DNA of 64,000 bases from positions 108,440,001-108,504,000 of the forward strand of contig CM052817.1 in assembly GCA_028534125.1 (NCBI GenBank), given 5' to 3'. The translations under genes were made by a program, and so were the position numbers. This document shows positions 1 through 12,989 of the stretch, piece by piece. The notes beneath the pieces are model-generated. The model worked only from the letters and a program-made list of their open reading frames with translations, searched no databases and was not told the DNA's origin. The first letter of the stretch is position 1, and every line of letters starts with the position of its first letter. The stretch comes from Lama glama (taxonomy: Eukaryota).

Positions 1-1715
1 CTAAAAGTAGCGCATCACGTTTGCTGCAGCTCACTGGCTAAAATGTTGCCACTTGGCCATAACCAACTGCAAGAAAGGATGGCGAATGTCCTTATTTTTT
101 CCTGGACTGCAAGTTGTTCACTGACCTTCAAAGTTATTACTACTAAGAAAGTAAGGGAGACTAGACATTAGGATACTGCTAGCAATCCCTGCAACAGCAT
201 GTTTGCCTCATCTTCTAAGAATTTATTGCAATGATTACACTTTGCTTCCAAGAATTGGTTTGGGTCCTGACACTCCAGTTTTTTCCCCGATTTCTGCTCT
301 CTTGCCTTACTCTGATTTTGGGGGTTTCAGAAGAAGACTTCTGGACATCTGTCTTCCTTCTAATTTGGCTTCTTCCTATGACTGCTTCTCAAAGCTCAGC
401 CGCTACTCAGCTCAGCCACTTAAGCCTCCCATCAAGTGATCACGTCCCCCACCTCCAAGCCCAGCTCAGTGACTTTCTACCCAGGCCCGAACCCAGCACC
501 GAACCCAGCAACTGGGCTCCCTTGTCTTCCAGGAAGAGAGATTACCCACTAACAGGTTAAGCTTTTCCTGGTTTTTGAAGCCTTTTCTCAATTTCACAAA
601 GGGATATCCTCTCATCTTTTAAACCAGTTGCTCAGTGGCTACATTCACTCATTCATTCATTCCCTTGTTACCAAAAATATATGGACAGATGTTGAATAGC
701 AGAGGATTGTTTTTCCTCTATACTGACATGTTTTGACAAAGCACGCACTCCGAATCCAGCAGCAATAGTGGGTTAGTGATAGATACATCTTTTTTTCTAC
801 CAGAACACTTTGCCTCATAAAACAAGGGATCACTGTGTACTTTCACAATGCCTCCTAGCCTAATATTTCAATTTTTAAGACAGTTATAGCACATTTCCTT
901 ATTTATCTCCCTGACTCTTTCAACTCCTGGGTTTCCGTCGTTGGCAGGTATGTTCTGGCACCTTCCAGTGGATAATTCTACACACCTTCCAGCAGGAATC
1001 GCTTCAAAGAATTAGCCTATTTACTGTTACTGATTATGCAACACATCATCTTGACAACCTGAGCAACACTTCCTGGAATTATGAGAACACGTTGTACTGA
1101 ACTGGCAATTGGTGGAAAGGGTACAAAAATAATTTCCCACGAAAATAGTGTATGATAACATCAAGAACAATTTAAAGTATTTCTTCTGTCAAATGCTACC
1201 TAAATATATTTCAATAATCTAGAGCAAACAAGTCACAGAGAATATTTTGGGAAAGAATAAAGTGATTTAATCTTGGCCCTTAGTTTCAATGAGATCAAGT
1301 TCCTGGCAACGACGAGTTCAAATTCTTGGCAAATCACCAAATGTGTGAATTCTGACATGAGTTTCCAACCAAATATGGGATCAGAAGGTAAAAAGTGGCA
1401 GGATCCGCTAAAACAGGTTGCGTTTTATGATCTAAAAATCAAAAAAAGCTAACTCAGAATTTCTGAATGCAGCCCTCCCATCCACATTTTATAAAATCAA
1501 ATAAAACATCCAAAATGTGCATTTTCCCTTAAGACCTTAAAATTACCTTTCTTTTTCTCCTTTTCTTCATCATCATCAGAGTCCTTCAAACAGTAATCGA
1601 TATGTTTTTCACCCACTTTGTCATCACTTGGTCACTTTTATTACTTTGTAGCATTTGGTGTACAGTGTATGATAGACTTTTTGCAGGAATAAGTACATTG
1701 AAAAGCAGCAATGGA

Positions 1716-1735
1716 CACACACACACACACACACA
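1716..1735. repeat. (CA)n microsatellite
   Basis: Visible acacacacacacacacacac run. Confidence 0.9.
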
Positions 1736-2262
1736 TAGCGTATTTCTTGCCTTCAGAGAGTCTGCTGCAAGCCCAGCACCCTGTCCCAAGCAACTCCCTT
1801 CAAATGGGTCAGGGGTCTACAGCGTTCTGTCCCGTGGCTCCAGCATGTCCCTCGGCACCCCCAAGATCACAGTCGGGGAAGGAGCGAGCTAGAAGGTCAC
1901 ACAGTAGACGTCACTGCCTCTGCCCGGAAGGGACATGCAGAAGTTACGTCTCCTTACAGCTCAGCTCCTGGGTCATCATGAACCACATGGCTTTGCCTGT
2001 TTGCAAGAGAGCTGGTGAGTAAGGTTCTTCCAACAATCCAGAAAGAAGAGCCTTGGATATTGCGATGCTCTAGAACGTTTCCCAGACCAATATACTGAAA
2101 CCATCCTGACTGTTGATAACATAAGCGTGCTTCCCTAATACCTTCTATTTATTAATTTTGTTATCATTTCCATCCTGCACGTAGTAATTCTGTTCCAAAA
2201 TTTGGATAAACTCAGAACCCCTTTTTTAACCCTTGGCCAAAGTTGCAGGCATCGTTTTAAAA

Positions 2263-2450
2263 TTATTTATTTATTTATTCTTTTTATTGAAGTACAGTCA
2301 ATGACAACGTGCCAATTTCTGGTGTACAGCACAATGTCCCAGTCATGCATATATATACATAGACTCATTTGCATAGTCTTTGTCATTAAAGATTATTACA
2401 AGATACTGAGTATAGTTTCCTGTGCTACACAGAAGAAATTGGTTTTTTTT
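2263..2450 (-). mobile_element. L1 3' UTR fragment (5'-truncated)
   Basis: ttttattgaagtacagtca...tttctggtgtacagc...gtttcctgtgctacacagaag is the reverse complement of the L1 tail seen in many other copies, with a T-rich tail. Confidence 0.85.
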
Positions 2451-3419
2451 CCATCAGTATTTATACAGTCATCTTTAAAAAAATAAACAGAAGTAAAGTG
2501 TTACCATCACCTTGACCTCGCGTCTACACCTTGAGAAATCCATCCACATTCCTTTTCTGACCTCTCGCCCTACACCTGCCGGGGGGGACCTGGTCTCTCT
2601 CATTGCCGCGGAGCTGTCTGCCCTCACCTCCAGAAGGACACTGAGAACAGAAGCCACACCTCACTACCAATGGCATCAGCGATCTGCTGGCCCAGTGACT
2701 TGACTGTCTTTCCCTCCCTTTCCTGGAGACTCACTCAGGCAAGTGACGTGCTTGCTCATGACAAGAGCTTTCTGAGAGACCCACCCATTTTTCGGTGGAA
2801 AGCATCGATATCTTGAGCCCTACGACTTTGAATTTCTCTCCTCCAGATCCCAGCCTGCCTGTTTCCAGCAACCCTGGACCACTGTGACTGATCATTCCCA
2901 ACCCTGATCAAGCCCCTGTGTCAAAAGACCCATCTTAGATCAGGCTTTGCACTGCCAGCCGTCTCCAACCTCCTTCTGTCACGTGCAGAGGCTCCAGCCT
3001 GGGTGGAGGTGGTGCTCTTCGTGTGCAGTGAGCCGGACCTCAGCTCTGTGTTGGTACCAATACACCATGTTGCTAGTGTTCGGGGAACCGGGAAATGACC
3101 TCTTGTCTGGTTTCTGCCTCTCTGCCTCACTAATTTAGAGTCAATTTTGTTTAAAAATATCTTCTTTTTCCATACGGTTAATTTTGCCACTGACCCCATC
3201 TATTGTTATTAATAGTAATAATGATGATGATTATGATGAAGTTGTCATCCTTGGCTCTGTGCTTCACGGCCAAGAGTCAGTGGGCTCTAGCTCCTACCAT
3301 TCACACACCTGCCGTCAGCACCCCGACGTGAATCTACCTTCACAGGAAGCTGCTTCTCCAGGCGGACAGGCTGGGAGACATCTATTTGCCTCCATGAGCC
3401 CACTTTGGTCCAAGCTACC

Positions 3420-3800
3420 TGCAGTGGGTTGAAGTGTGTCTCCTACAAAGTCATTGTTTCCCGCTGCCCTCTCTGGGAACCTCAGAAAGTCACTTTATTT
3501 TGCCAAGGGTTAAAGGCTCAAGAGGAGATCAAACTGGGTTAGGCTGAGCCCTACAATCCAATGACTGGTGTCCTTATGGGAAGGGAGGAAGACACTCAGA
3601 GACACAGGGGAAACAGTGGAGGAGGATGTCAAGACAGAGATGGAGGCTGGAGGGGTGCACCTGCATGCCAAGGACCCTTCCCCAGAGCCTGCAGAGTGGA
3701 CTTGGGACATCCAGCCTCCAGAACAGTGAGAGAATAAATCTCCAATGTGTCAGCCCACCAGGTTTGTGGTACTCTGTTCCAGTAGCCCCAGGAAACAATG
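3420..3800 (+). mobile_element. MaLR LTR (MLT1B/C-like)
   Basis: Shows MLT1 motifs: gtgggttgaagtgtgtctcc, aatccaatgactggtgtccttat, cagcctccagaacagtgagagaataaat and gtttgtggtactctgttccagtagccccaggaaac. Confidence 0.85.
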
Positions 3801-5349
3801 GATTTTTACCTAAACTGGAAGACTCGGAAGCATCTTCCATTTCCTTCTCCCCTGTCCACGCGAACCCCTGCTGACGTCCCGGCAAAACACGGCAGCCAGA
3901 TCGTGTCAGCTTTACTCCCTGGGGGCACCCTCTCCTCCGTCCCTGCCTTTGACCATCTTCCTCACAGCCCCGCCAGGATCAATCACAATGTCGCTCTTCT
4001 CATGCAAAGAAAAATCTCAAAAACTTCCCATGGCCCTCCTTCGCTTACGGGTTCAATAAAAATTCTTCCGCTTGACATTCCAGACCCTTGGATGACCCAG
4101 CAGTATTTCCCACTCTTCTAATCTAAGATGCATTCTCTTTGTGTTCCTTTTCCGTGAGTGGTCTGTACCCTGACAGAATTTAAGGAAATGCAATTTTCCC
4201 ATTAAGTTTTGGATTTTTTTTTGACAGAAAACATTAACGCGTTAAAAAAATTCCAATAGCTTATTTTTGTTGCCTGTAATTAAGTTATATTTTGCCTTAT
4301 AATTTATTTACACACGCCCTCCCCTTGCCCTGTCCAGATGGAATATGATTTACCTGCACATAACTCTAGACTTTTATTGTATTGTTGTTTTTCATGTATA
4401 TCGTTGGTTTGCCAGTTCAGTTGACGTTTGTTGAATTTACTTGACTTAGTAACTGATCTGGAACTGACAAACCTAGAGACTTCGTGAGGTGGGGAACTTG
4501 AGGGATGGGGCACAGTTAGGAAACTACTGATATCAATCTCATTTAAGACACACCACCAAAGGGCAAACACGATTTTAATGCTTACTTTTTTTTTCCCCCT
4601 TACATAAGCTAAGGTTAATTTCAGTGTTTACTGGGGTGACTACTAGTCCTTATACATATGAAGAAACTTTTTAAAAAGATACACGGCCGTTTTATAACTA
4701 TGTAGCTGTTGGGTTCTATGTGTGTTATTATTTTGTGGAGTTCAAGGTAAGACAGTATCTTTAGCAAGGGAAGTGGACCCTCCCTGGGTGATTTGATTTT
4801 CACTCTTCAGTTGCTCTGAAAGCTATTGCCCTGACTCCATAAACTGGAGACAACTGACAGCAACACAAGATCATTCTTATCCACGTCCATGCAAATTCTG
4901 TCCTGTCCACGGAGGCTTTATGGATGATCCCCCACCGCCCATCGTGGAACAAACAGCTCTGCCCCCGTTTGCGCCGTCATTTCAGTTTTCCTGACCTATA
5001 AATATGTCCATTCTTTGGATCCTTTGGAACCAGTTATCACATCTGCCTGGTTTTGTCGTGGATTCTGAGCTTAAGGAATCTTTAACAGGTATTCCTCTTA
5101 CATCTGCATGAGAGTTGTGATTGAACCTTTTTCTGAAATTAACTTCAGACAGAGATGTGTTCCTGTTTCACTGTTCCTGGTGTTGTAAATTCTGACTACC
5201 AGCTTTTAAGTAGGACATTGGATAAACTGGAAAGCAATGAGAAGGGTGGCGAAAAGTGGTAGGGAAACCTTGAAACTGCTGTATAGAGGACAAGTGGGAA
5301 AAATTTAGGTTGGGGAAGATTAATCTAATAGGGAAAAGAAAGAGGGGCA

Positions 5350-5600
5350 AGGAGGGATAAATTGGGAGTTTGGGATTTGCAGATCCACTCTACTATATAT
5401 AAAATAGATAAACAGCAAGGTCCTACTGTGTAGCACAGGGAATTATATACAGTACCTTGTAATAGCCTGTAATGAAAAAAATGAAAAGGAAAAAAATATA
5501 TATATGTATAACTGAATCACTATCCTGTACACCAGAAATTAATATCACATTGTAATTTGACTATATTTCGATTAAAAACACTTTTAAAAATAAATTAAAA
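5350..5600 (+). mobile_element. L1 3' UTR fragment
   Basis: ggagggataaattgggagtttgggatttgcagat...tgtacaccagaaatt... followed by an A-rich tail. Confidence 0.88.
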
Positions 5601-7044
5601 AGGAAATGATTATTATTTTCCAAAAACCTAAAGGGCTACCATGCAGAAATGTGACCAGTCAGGTTTGATGAGTTCTTAGAGGATAGACCTGAAAAAAATC
5701 GGGTAAAATTTACACAGAAATTTTGACTCAGAGTAAGTCCAAACTTGCCAGCAGTTAGGTCTGTACAGAAACGGTGTGGTCACCTTTGAGATGTAGAAAT
5801 GTCCTGTTCCCAGGGGTGCTCATGCAGAGTTTGGACAGAATCTTATTCGGATTCTTTTACCATTGATTAAACTGTGTTGATTCTGGAACTGGACTGGATG
5901 TCTTGTGGAGGATTTCAACCTAGAGTCACTAATTTCATGATTCAATTCGATCCTGGTCGTGTGTGTGGGTTGCGTCCCCTGGGACAGCCGCACCATCGGA
6001 AACACCAGCGGGAGTCATCTTTCTGGAGTAGGATGTGAAGGTGAGACTCTGCTTCATGGGTGCTTTGGCTCAGCCTCCAAAGCCGAGGACAGTATGATAA
6101 GAACCTTTGATGTGGATGATTTGAAACAGTCAGTGGTGGAGAATGGAGCAGCGTACCAGAAACCCAGAAATATATCTCTGGACCCAGGCTGCTGTCCTTG
6201 AAGATGCAGAAACTCAGGCCTTCTGAACACAGTGGCCAGTGCTCAGGGCTCTGCGGTCCCCCGGGCTGGGGGTGGGGGACAGTCAAGGCAGAGGGGATGG
6301 ATTCTTCCCCAGGGGAGTCCAAGTCCAGGGTTGGAGTTACTTAAAAATCAGAGCACAGACTGCAGCTGCCAGGGGTGTGGCCAGGCCATAAAGAATTTGA
6401 TGGGCAAAAGAAGTGGAACATTTCCCAAAGCCCGAGGCCGTGGTCTGGACGGCAGCCAGGTGTGAGTCAGGGGGAAGGCATGTTACATCAGCGATGGCTC
6501 CTCGTGAATGCCCGCGGAGCGAGAGTGGAGTGGCAAATATCAGGGAAATGTTAGCCAAAACTTGTACTGCTTGGGTTAGGAAACCACTGTTTGAGAAGGG
6601 GTGGGGATGGGGGTGTCCCCAATCCAGCAGGAGAGAAACAGGCTCTGGGAAGGCCCACATTCCGTACTGCGAGAGCACCAGTCCCTGAAGGACTAGCCCT
6701 TTCCTCTCCTTCCTCCACCCAGCCTGTCCTCATCCTCAGAGCATCAGCAGGGAGGTGGGAGGAGGGGGACCGGAGGAGCCAGCTGGGGAAAGAGTGAGGC
6801 AACCTGCCCCCCACCCCCCGAGGCCACACTGGGGCAGGATTCCCAGGCTGTTCGGAGCTGGAAGGGGAGAAGCTTTGAGAGACTGAAATGATGATATTAG
6901 GTTGGAGCAACGCTTTAAAGCTAAAATGACATTGTACTAATATCCGAAAGGCCCAGGGAGGCTGGGGACTCTGCCCAGTGGGTTGTACAGGAGCCCAATG
7001 GCAGGTGTGGAAACAAAACCATCTCAGCTCACACCCTACCAGGG

Positions 7045-7546
7045 TGTGAATGAAAACATTGCAGCTGTATCAGTAAACAAAGGATGCTGTGACCATCAGG
7101 ACATCAGCCACTACCGCCACCCCCGACAGTGAGCGGAGGGGGCTCAGGTGCAGACAAGCAGGCAGCGTGGCCTCTGCTGCCACCCCCAGCGGTCCCCCCT
7201 GAGGGGACTCAGGATGGGAATGAGTAGGACACTGGCCCTAGACAGCTAGGTGCACATTGAAGGAATGATTTCAATGAGCCCAGACCTTCCCACCTTCCCT
7301 TACGTAGAAAACCACTAAATTCCTTAACTTAGGGTATCTGGTTTTCTTTAATAAACAGTAATCTTTTGATGTTCCAACCACCTGGTCTTTGTTGCAAAAA
7401 CACCTATAAACCCTGGCCCCTCCCCACCACTTTGGAGCAGCCTCTTGTGATCTGAGAGGCTGTGTCCCGGGCTTGAGTCCTAACAAAATCCACCAACTAA
7501 AACGTAATCCTCAACTTTTAGCTTGTGCATTTCACTTCCGCCGACA
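7045..7546 (+). mobile_element. ERV1-class solo LTR (LTR39-like, family tentative)
   Basis: TG...CA termini (tgtgaatgaaaa...gccgaca), an internal tataaa, and near-matching 4-bp flanks aggg/atgg. It is homologous to the reverse complement of 7770-8264. Confidence 0.8.
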
Positions 7547-7769
7547 ATGGACAGCTGACCTTAGGAACCTGTTTCATGGGTCACAGCAAACCTTCCGCCC
7601 AAACAGAAGCTCCTCCTTCCAGGTCACTCTTCATAGTTACGTCGAGATCTGATGAGGAAGTGACCTGTTTTAGCATCTGAAATCTTGCACCCTTCAGCTA
7701 ACATCAAGCTCAACAGATGGAAATGGTTGCAGAAATTCTTCTTTTCATGGACACTCAAGTTTTCCCTCT

Positions 7770-8264
7770 TGTTGACTGAAATAAAATGCACAAGCTGCAA
7801 GCTGAGGGTTCTGTTTTATTCGGTGCACATTCTGAGGACTCGAGCCTGGGAGGCAGCCTCTCAGATCACTCTAAGAGACTGTTCCACCCAGGCAAGGGAG
7901 GACCCAAGATATACAGGGGTTTTCGCCACAAGGACCAAGAAGTCAGAACATCAAAAATGACTGTTGATTTTAAAAAGCCAGATGTCTCAAGTTAATGAGT
8001 TTAGCCCTTCTCTATGTATGGAAGGTGGGAAGGTCTGTGCTCCTTGAAATCATTGCTTTGATGTGCACCTTGCCATTGAGGACCACTATCCTGTTTTTTC
8101 ACATCCTGAGTTCCACTGTTGGGGGTGGTGGCAGAGGCCAGGCTGCCTGCTTGTCAGTATTCTGAGTTCCCTCCACTCACTGTTCGGGGTGACGGTAGCG
8201 GCAATCACTTGCTGGTCACAGCATCCTTTGCTTACTGATATAGCTGAAATATTTTTCATTCACA
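7770..8264 (-). mobile_element. ERV1-class solo LTR, same family as 7045-7546, opposite orientation
   Basis: Runs tgttgactgaa...tttttcattcaca with a perfect 4-bp TSD, ctct (7766-7769 / 8265-8268). Confidence 0.85.
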
Positions 8265-9712
8265 CTCTTTCTGTCTTTGCCTTTTTCACTAAACAATGTC
8301 ATAAGTTTTGCACATCTGTTGTTTGAGAACATTAGTGGAAGTTACATGTTGATGTATGATTGAAGGATTTTTTTTCTCCTCTTCGACCACATCCTTCATC
8401 AATGACAACCCACTCTCTATCCACTTGTAGCCTGGGGCAAAAACAAAGGGGTGGAGGGAAATAATAATATCATAAGAGGTATTTAAAGAAACAAGTTGGA
8501 GGTGAAGGAGAGACAGACCCTGGTTTATCCTACCAGTGGCACCACATGCTAGCCAGAAGGTGTCAGCTAGAAGTGAAACTTCACATCTAAGATCTGATTT
8601 TCTTTTAAATAGTCCACATAGAAGCTGGGCCATCTTGAGATCTTCAGTTCTAGCCCCTCCTCTCCTCAGTGTTGACCCCTCCCCTTCCATAGTCCTCAAG
8701 AGCCAATGACACTGCACAGTTTTGTTTCAATTCCCTCAATAAGCCAAGCTTCCCCTTGTTTCCAGGTTTTAACAGATAATTTTTAATTTTTTTCCTTATT
8801 AGAACTTTCTGCCATCCCACATTTACCTGAACACCTCCCATAATATCTCTGCTTAGAAGCACCTCCCACTGGGAAAGCCATTTCTGCCCCGCCATCCAGG
8901 TGAGGTTTCCTTTCTGCTCTGCAGATGCTGATCTTCCTCCCACAGCATTTAGGACACCATGCCTGCCTTTTCCAGTTGCCATTAGGCTCCCAGAGAGCCA
9001 GGAGCTTCTGGTCACTGGTAGGTCCTCGGTACCTAGGACGTGCCAGCACCAGTGAGACCCTTGGGACACTGCCAGGGTGTCAGGGAGTGGTGGAGATGCA
9101 GAATTTGACTGTTGAAACCAAAATGGAGACACAGGACCAGTGTCAGCTTTCCAACACTCCTGTGGTTCTAGGGTTTGATCTCAGGACTCACTTGGTCAAC
9201 TTCAAGGACCTTCCTTGATCATCTGTGTTCCTGAAGTTGTGTATATTTCTTGTTTACAGAACTTCTACATGTTGTTATAAAAATTTAGGGATGAGTGTGC
9301 CCTCATTCTAGATTCTCAACATATGGGCACATGTTTTCCTCGTTTTGGTACTGGGTTACCCACAGTGTAGGCATTCAACAGCACTTGCTAATGTTCATGG
9401 AACCTGGTGCATGATATAATCCTTTCAGAAATGTGATCCCTCTAGTGGCTAATCCACATTAGTACATACTTTCACTTTGACAAAATGCTTATTATGAACC
9501 AGCTCAGCCAAATATATAGCAAGAGAATTAAATTTTGGTCTATTGATTTTATTAGATGATATTAGCAATAACTTGTCTTTTATACACCTTTTTATTGATG
9601 AGAAAGAACAAATGTGGGATAAGATTTATTAATAAATTTGAAAATGTATTTTAAGAAATTTAAATACATTTTCAAATTTATTCTAAATAATTTAAACTTA
9701 AAAAATACATAA

Positions 9713-10405
9713 TTTGGTGCAGCCATGATGGAAAACAGCGTGGTGATTCCTTAAAAAAACTAAGAATAGTGTTATGACGTGATCCAGCAATCCTACTCCT
9801 GGACATAAATCTGGAGGAAACTCTCATTCAAAAAGATGCATACACCCCAATGTTCATAGCAGCACTATTTACAATAGCCGAGACATGGAAGCAACCTAAG
9901 TGTCCATCAACAGGTGACTGGATAAAGAAGATGTGGTATATTTATACAATGGAATATTACTCAGCCATGAAAAAGAATAAAATAATACCATTTCTAGCAA
10001 CATGGGTGGACCTGAAGCGCATTTTGCTAAGTGAGGTAAGTCAGACCGAGAAAGATAAATATTATACACTATCACTTAAATATGAAATCTAAAATATGAT
10101 ACAAATGAACTCATTTACAAAACAGAAACAGACTCATGGACATAGAAAACAAACATGGTTACCAAAGGGGAAGGGGGAGGGATAAATTAGGAGTTTAGGA
10201 TTAGCAGATATACACTACCGAATATAAAATAGATAAGCAACAAAGACCTATATATATAGCATAGGGAACTATATTCAATACCTTGTAATAACCTATAATG
10301 AAAAAGAATCTGAAAAGGAACATATATATATATATATGTATGATTGAACACTATGCTGTACACCAGAAATAAACACAACATTGTAAACTGACTACAATAA
10401 AAAAT
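9713..10405 (+). mobile_element. 5'-truncated L1: ORF2 C-terminus and 3' UTR
   Basis: ORF 9850-10092 (MFIAALFTIAETWKQPKCPS..WIKKMWYIYTMEYYSA) is the typical end of L1 ORF2p. It is followed by the 3' UTR and aataaaaaa. Confidence 0.95.
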
Positions 10406-11892
10406 TTGCTCCATTCTAATGTTTATTAATCTCTTAATGCATGCCTAATGAACAATAATAATTCTTTAACACTTAAAAAGAAAATTTTCAAGTTTTTGTG
10501 GGCTTGTTAGTATATATTTTTAAATAAAATCTATTTACCATCAAAAAAGTATATAATGTTGCTTTTTGTACAATGCCATGTCCCTGGTAACAGGGGCATG
10601 CTGATTCAGTGATACACATTTCCTGTTTGGAATTTATTAGATTTAGAATATACTCACAGGACTTGGACTGTTAACATTTGACTTGATGCCATGAGCTTCC
10701 AATAACCCCATATTTTCAGTCTTCTCCTGTTCATGTGAGGGGAGCCTACCAGTTGTTGAAAAATTATTGCTATTTTATGGAAACAATTCTTGGCAATTTT
10801 TTCTTTGGCTCTGTTGGGGTGAAGGAGGCAGTGAAACATGAGTGACTCCAATTTGCACACTTGTCACGTGTAGTTTCAATACCTTTCTAGTAATTTCATG
10901 ACAGAACAATAATGTACTTTTAAATGTATGCTCCTAATAGAACACTTATCTATAAATTAATGTGGCTAATTTTGTTTTTAACACCTTTCCCAAAGGACTC
11001 TGTTATACTCCATAGAGTCTGTGGGATATCACAAATTCCAGGAGGGTTGACATTGCTTAAAATACAGTTTTTAAAGCATGTTCCATTTGTGTATTAAGCT
11101 CAGATGGATGGGCATTTACTGAGTCAGCCAACATTTAATGAATGTCCGCCATGTGCCTTTTGTGTCCCAAGTCCCCTCCCAAGATTCTGGGGACCAGGGT
11201 GGGAGGTGAGCACATGTGAATGAATAGAAGTAACACGGTGTGGCAAGTGGGAGGATGGAGAGGTTCTCCGGCTCCAGGATCACAGAGCAGAGTCCTGTGA
11301 CTCAGCACGGAGTTTTCCAGAACGTTTCCAGATGGAAATGGTGTCAGGGCTGTGACCTCATATGTAAACAGACACTTGCCAGGGAGGAAAAGGGGAGGAG
11401 TTTAGAAGTAAAAGTCTGAAGGCAAGAGACAGCCTGATGTGCAGGAGGAAATGCATGTGGTTTGATGTCGCGGGGACCAGACGGCACAGCGGCAGAGTCA
11501 GAAGATGAAGGACAGGCAGAGATAACAGGCTGGTGACTGTCCAGCTGCGTCATCTGTCCCAATGGAGAACACTGCAGAATTTCAAGGACGGGAGCCACAC
11601 GGTCACATCTGGAAAGAAGGAGTGTGAATCTGAGAAAGATAAGACCCGAAGCAGCAAGGTCAACTTAGCGGCAGCTAAAATAGCTCAGGCAAAGATAACA
11701 AAGCCCTTAAATAGAACAATAACACCAGGACAGGGTGGGGGGGGCGCAAATTGAAGAAATATTTCAAAGATGGCATTGGCGGTCCCTGCGCTGGGAGGGA
11801 GAGGAGGAATCGGGGATGCTTTCTCAGACTCCAGTTCAGGTGATAAACCAGCCTGGAGGGTTCATTTCACAAGTGACAGAAACCTCATTGCA

Positions 11893-11993
11893 TGTAGGTA
11901 CACCAGAGATTGACACGTTGTCACTGCCTGTACTTCAATAAAAATAAATAAGTAAACAAATACACAAGTAAATAACAAGACAACAAGAACGAA
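11893..11993 (+). mobile_element. Very short L1 3' end with A-rich tail and TSD
   Basis: tacaccagagattgacacgttgtcactgcctgtacttcaataaaa plus tail. The TSD is agaaacctcattgca (11878-11892) / agaaatctcattgca (11994-12008). Confidence 0.85.
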
Positions 11994-12364
11994 AGAAATC
12001 TCATTGCAAACTGGCTTCAAAAGAAGTGAGATGGAAACGTTCCTCCGTCCAGCACAAAGAGCCCACTGCACGCCATGAGGCTTTGTTTCTGTCCGTCTCC
12101 CTCTCCCTACCTGTAGCCCACCCTTCAAACACCCTGGCCCCCTGTCTGCCTCACCAGGGCCCCTTGGTCTTCTCCAAAATCCAGTCGCAAGACCTACCCC
12201 AGCCCAACGTGAAGCCTCCACGAGTCACCTCCAGGACTGAGGCCAATATGTGGGTGTCATACAAAAGGTTAAATATTTCGGATCGCCCCTTGGTATGGGA
12301 CTCATGGAGCATATTCATTTCAGAGCCCCATACACGTGACGTAGAGTGCTTCATTATCTGAGAA

Positions 12365-12989
12365 TGATGCAAGGGAAAAGGGGGTGAGAGGATGATCACG
12401 TCCCAGGTCCCAGGTGGGTCCTTGGGATGCACCCATTAAGTGAGTGTCTTGGGCTTCACACAGGAAAGAATTCAAGAGTGAGTCATAGTAGAGTTAAGGT
12501 GGATTTATTCAGAGACATGCCCACTCCATAGACAGAGTGCACGTTGTCTCAACAGGCCAGAGAAAGGCCAGGAGATACACGTTCCATAGGCAGAATGCGG
12601 GTTGTCCTCGTCAGAAGGGAAAGCGGGCGGCGGGGGGTGCTCAGAGCATGGAGCTGGCCAGGAAGATGAGATCGGCCACGAGCTGCAGGGTTGTTTGTTT
12701 TCATGGGCTCGGTAACTTCACATGCCAACAAGTGGGAGGATTATTCCAACCACTTTGGGGAAGGGGCTGGGATGCCCAGGAGTTGGGCCACCACTCACCC
12801 TTTGACCTCTGATGGGCAGCCTTGAAACTGTCCAAGGGCCTGTGGGAGTGCCATTTGGCAGCTACTGTATTTTAATGAGTGTGGACTGAAGCTCAGGGTC
12901 TACTGGGAGCTGAGTCTTCTGCCATCTTGGTGCTAAGGGCTGTGTCATTCTCTTAATGGCTGTGCTCTGCCCCCTTCCCTCCTGTCTCA
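12365..12989 (-). mobile_element. MER41-like ERV1 solo LTR
   Basis: Reverse-complement homologue of 20116-20771 (aggaaagaattcaagagtgagtca, gatttattcagaga, ...ccctcctgtctca). No clean TSD. Confidence 0.8.

Noticed and set aside
5940..6800. Cluster of short ORFs, possibly ERV-internal or pseudogene sequence
   Set aside because: No recognisable gag/pol/env or host-protein motifs.
9850..10092. ORF with clear protein similarity (also 32903-33175)
   Set aside because: These are L1 ORF2p C-terminal remnants of truncated elements, not host genes.
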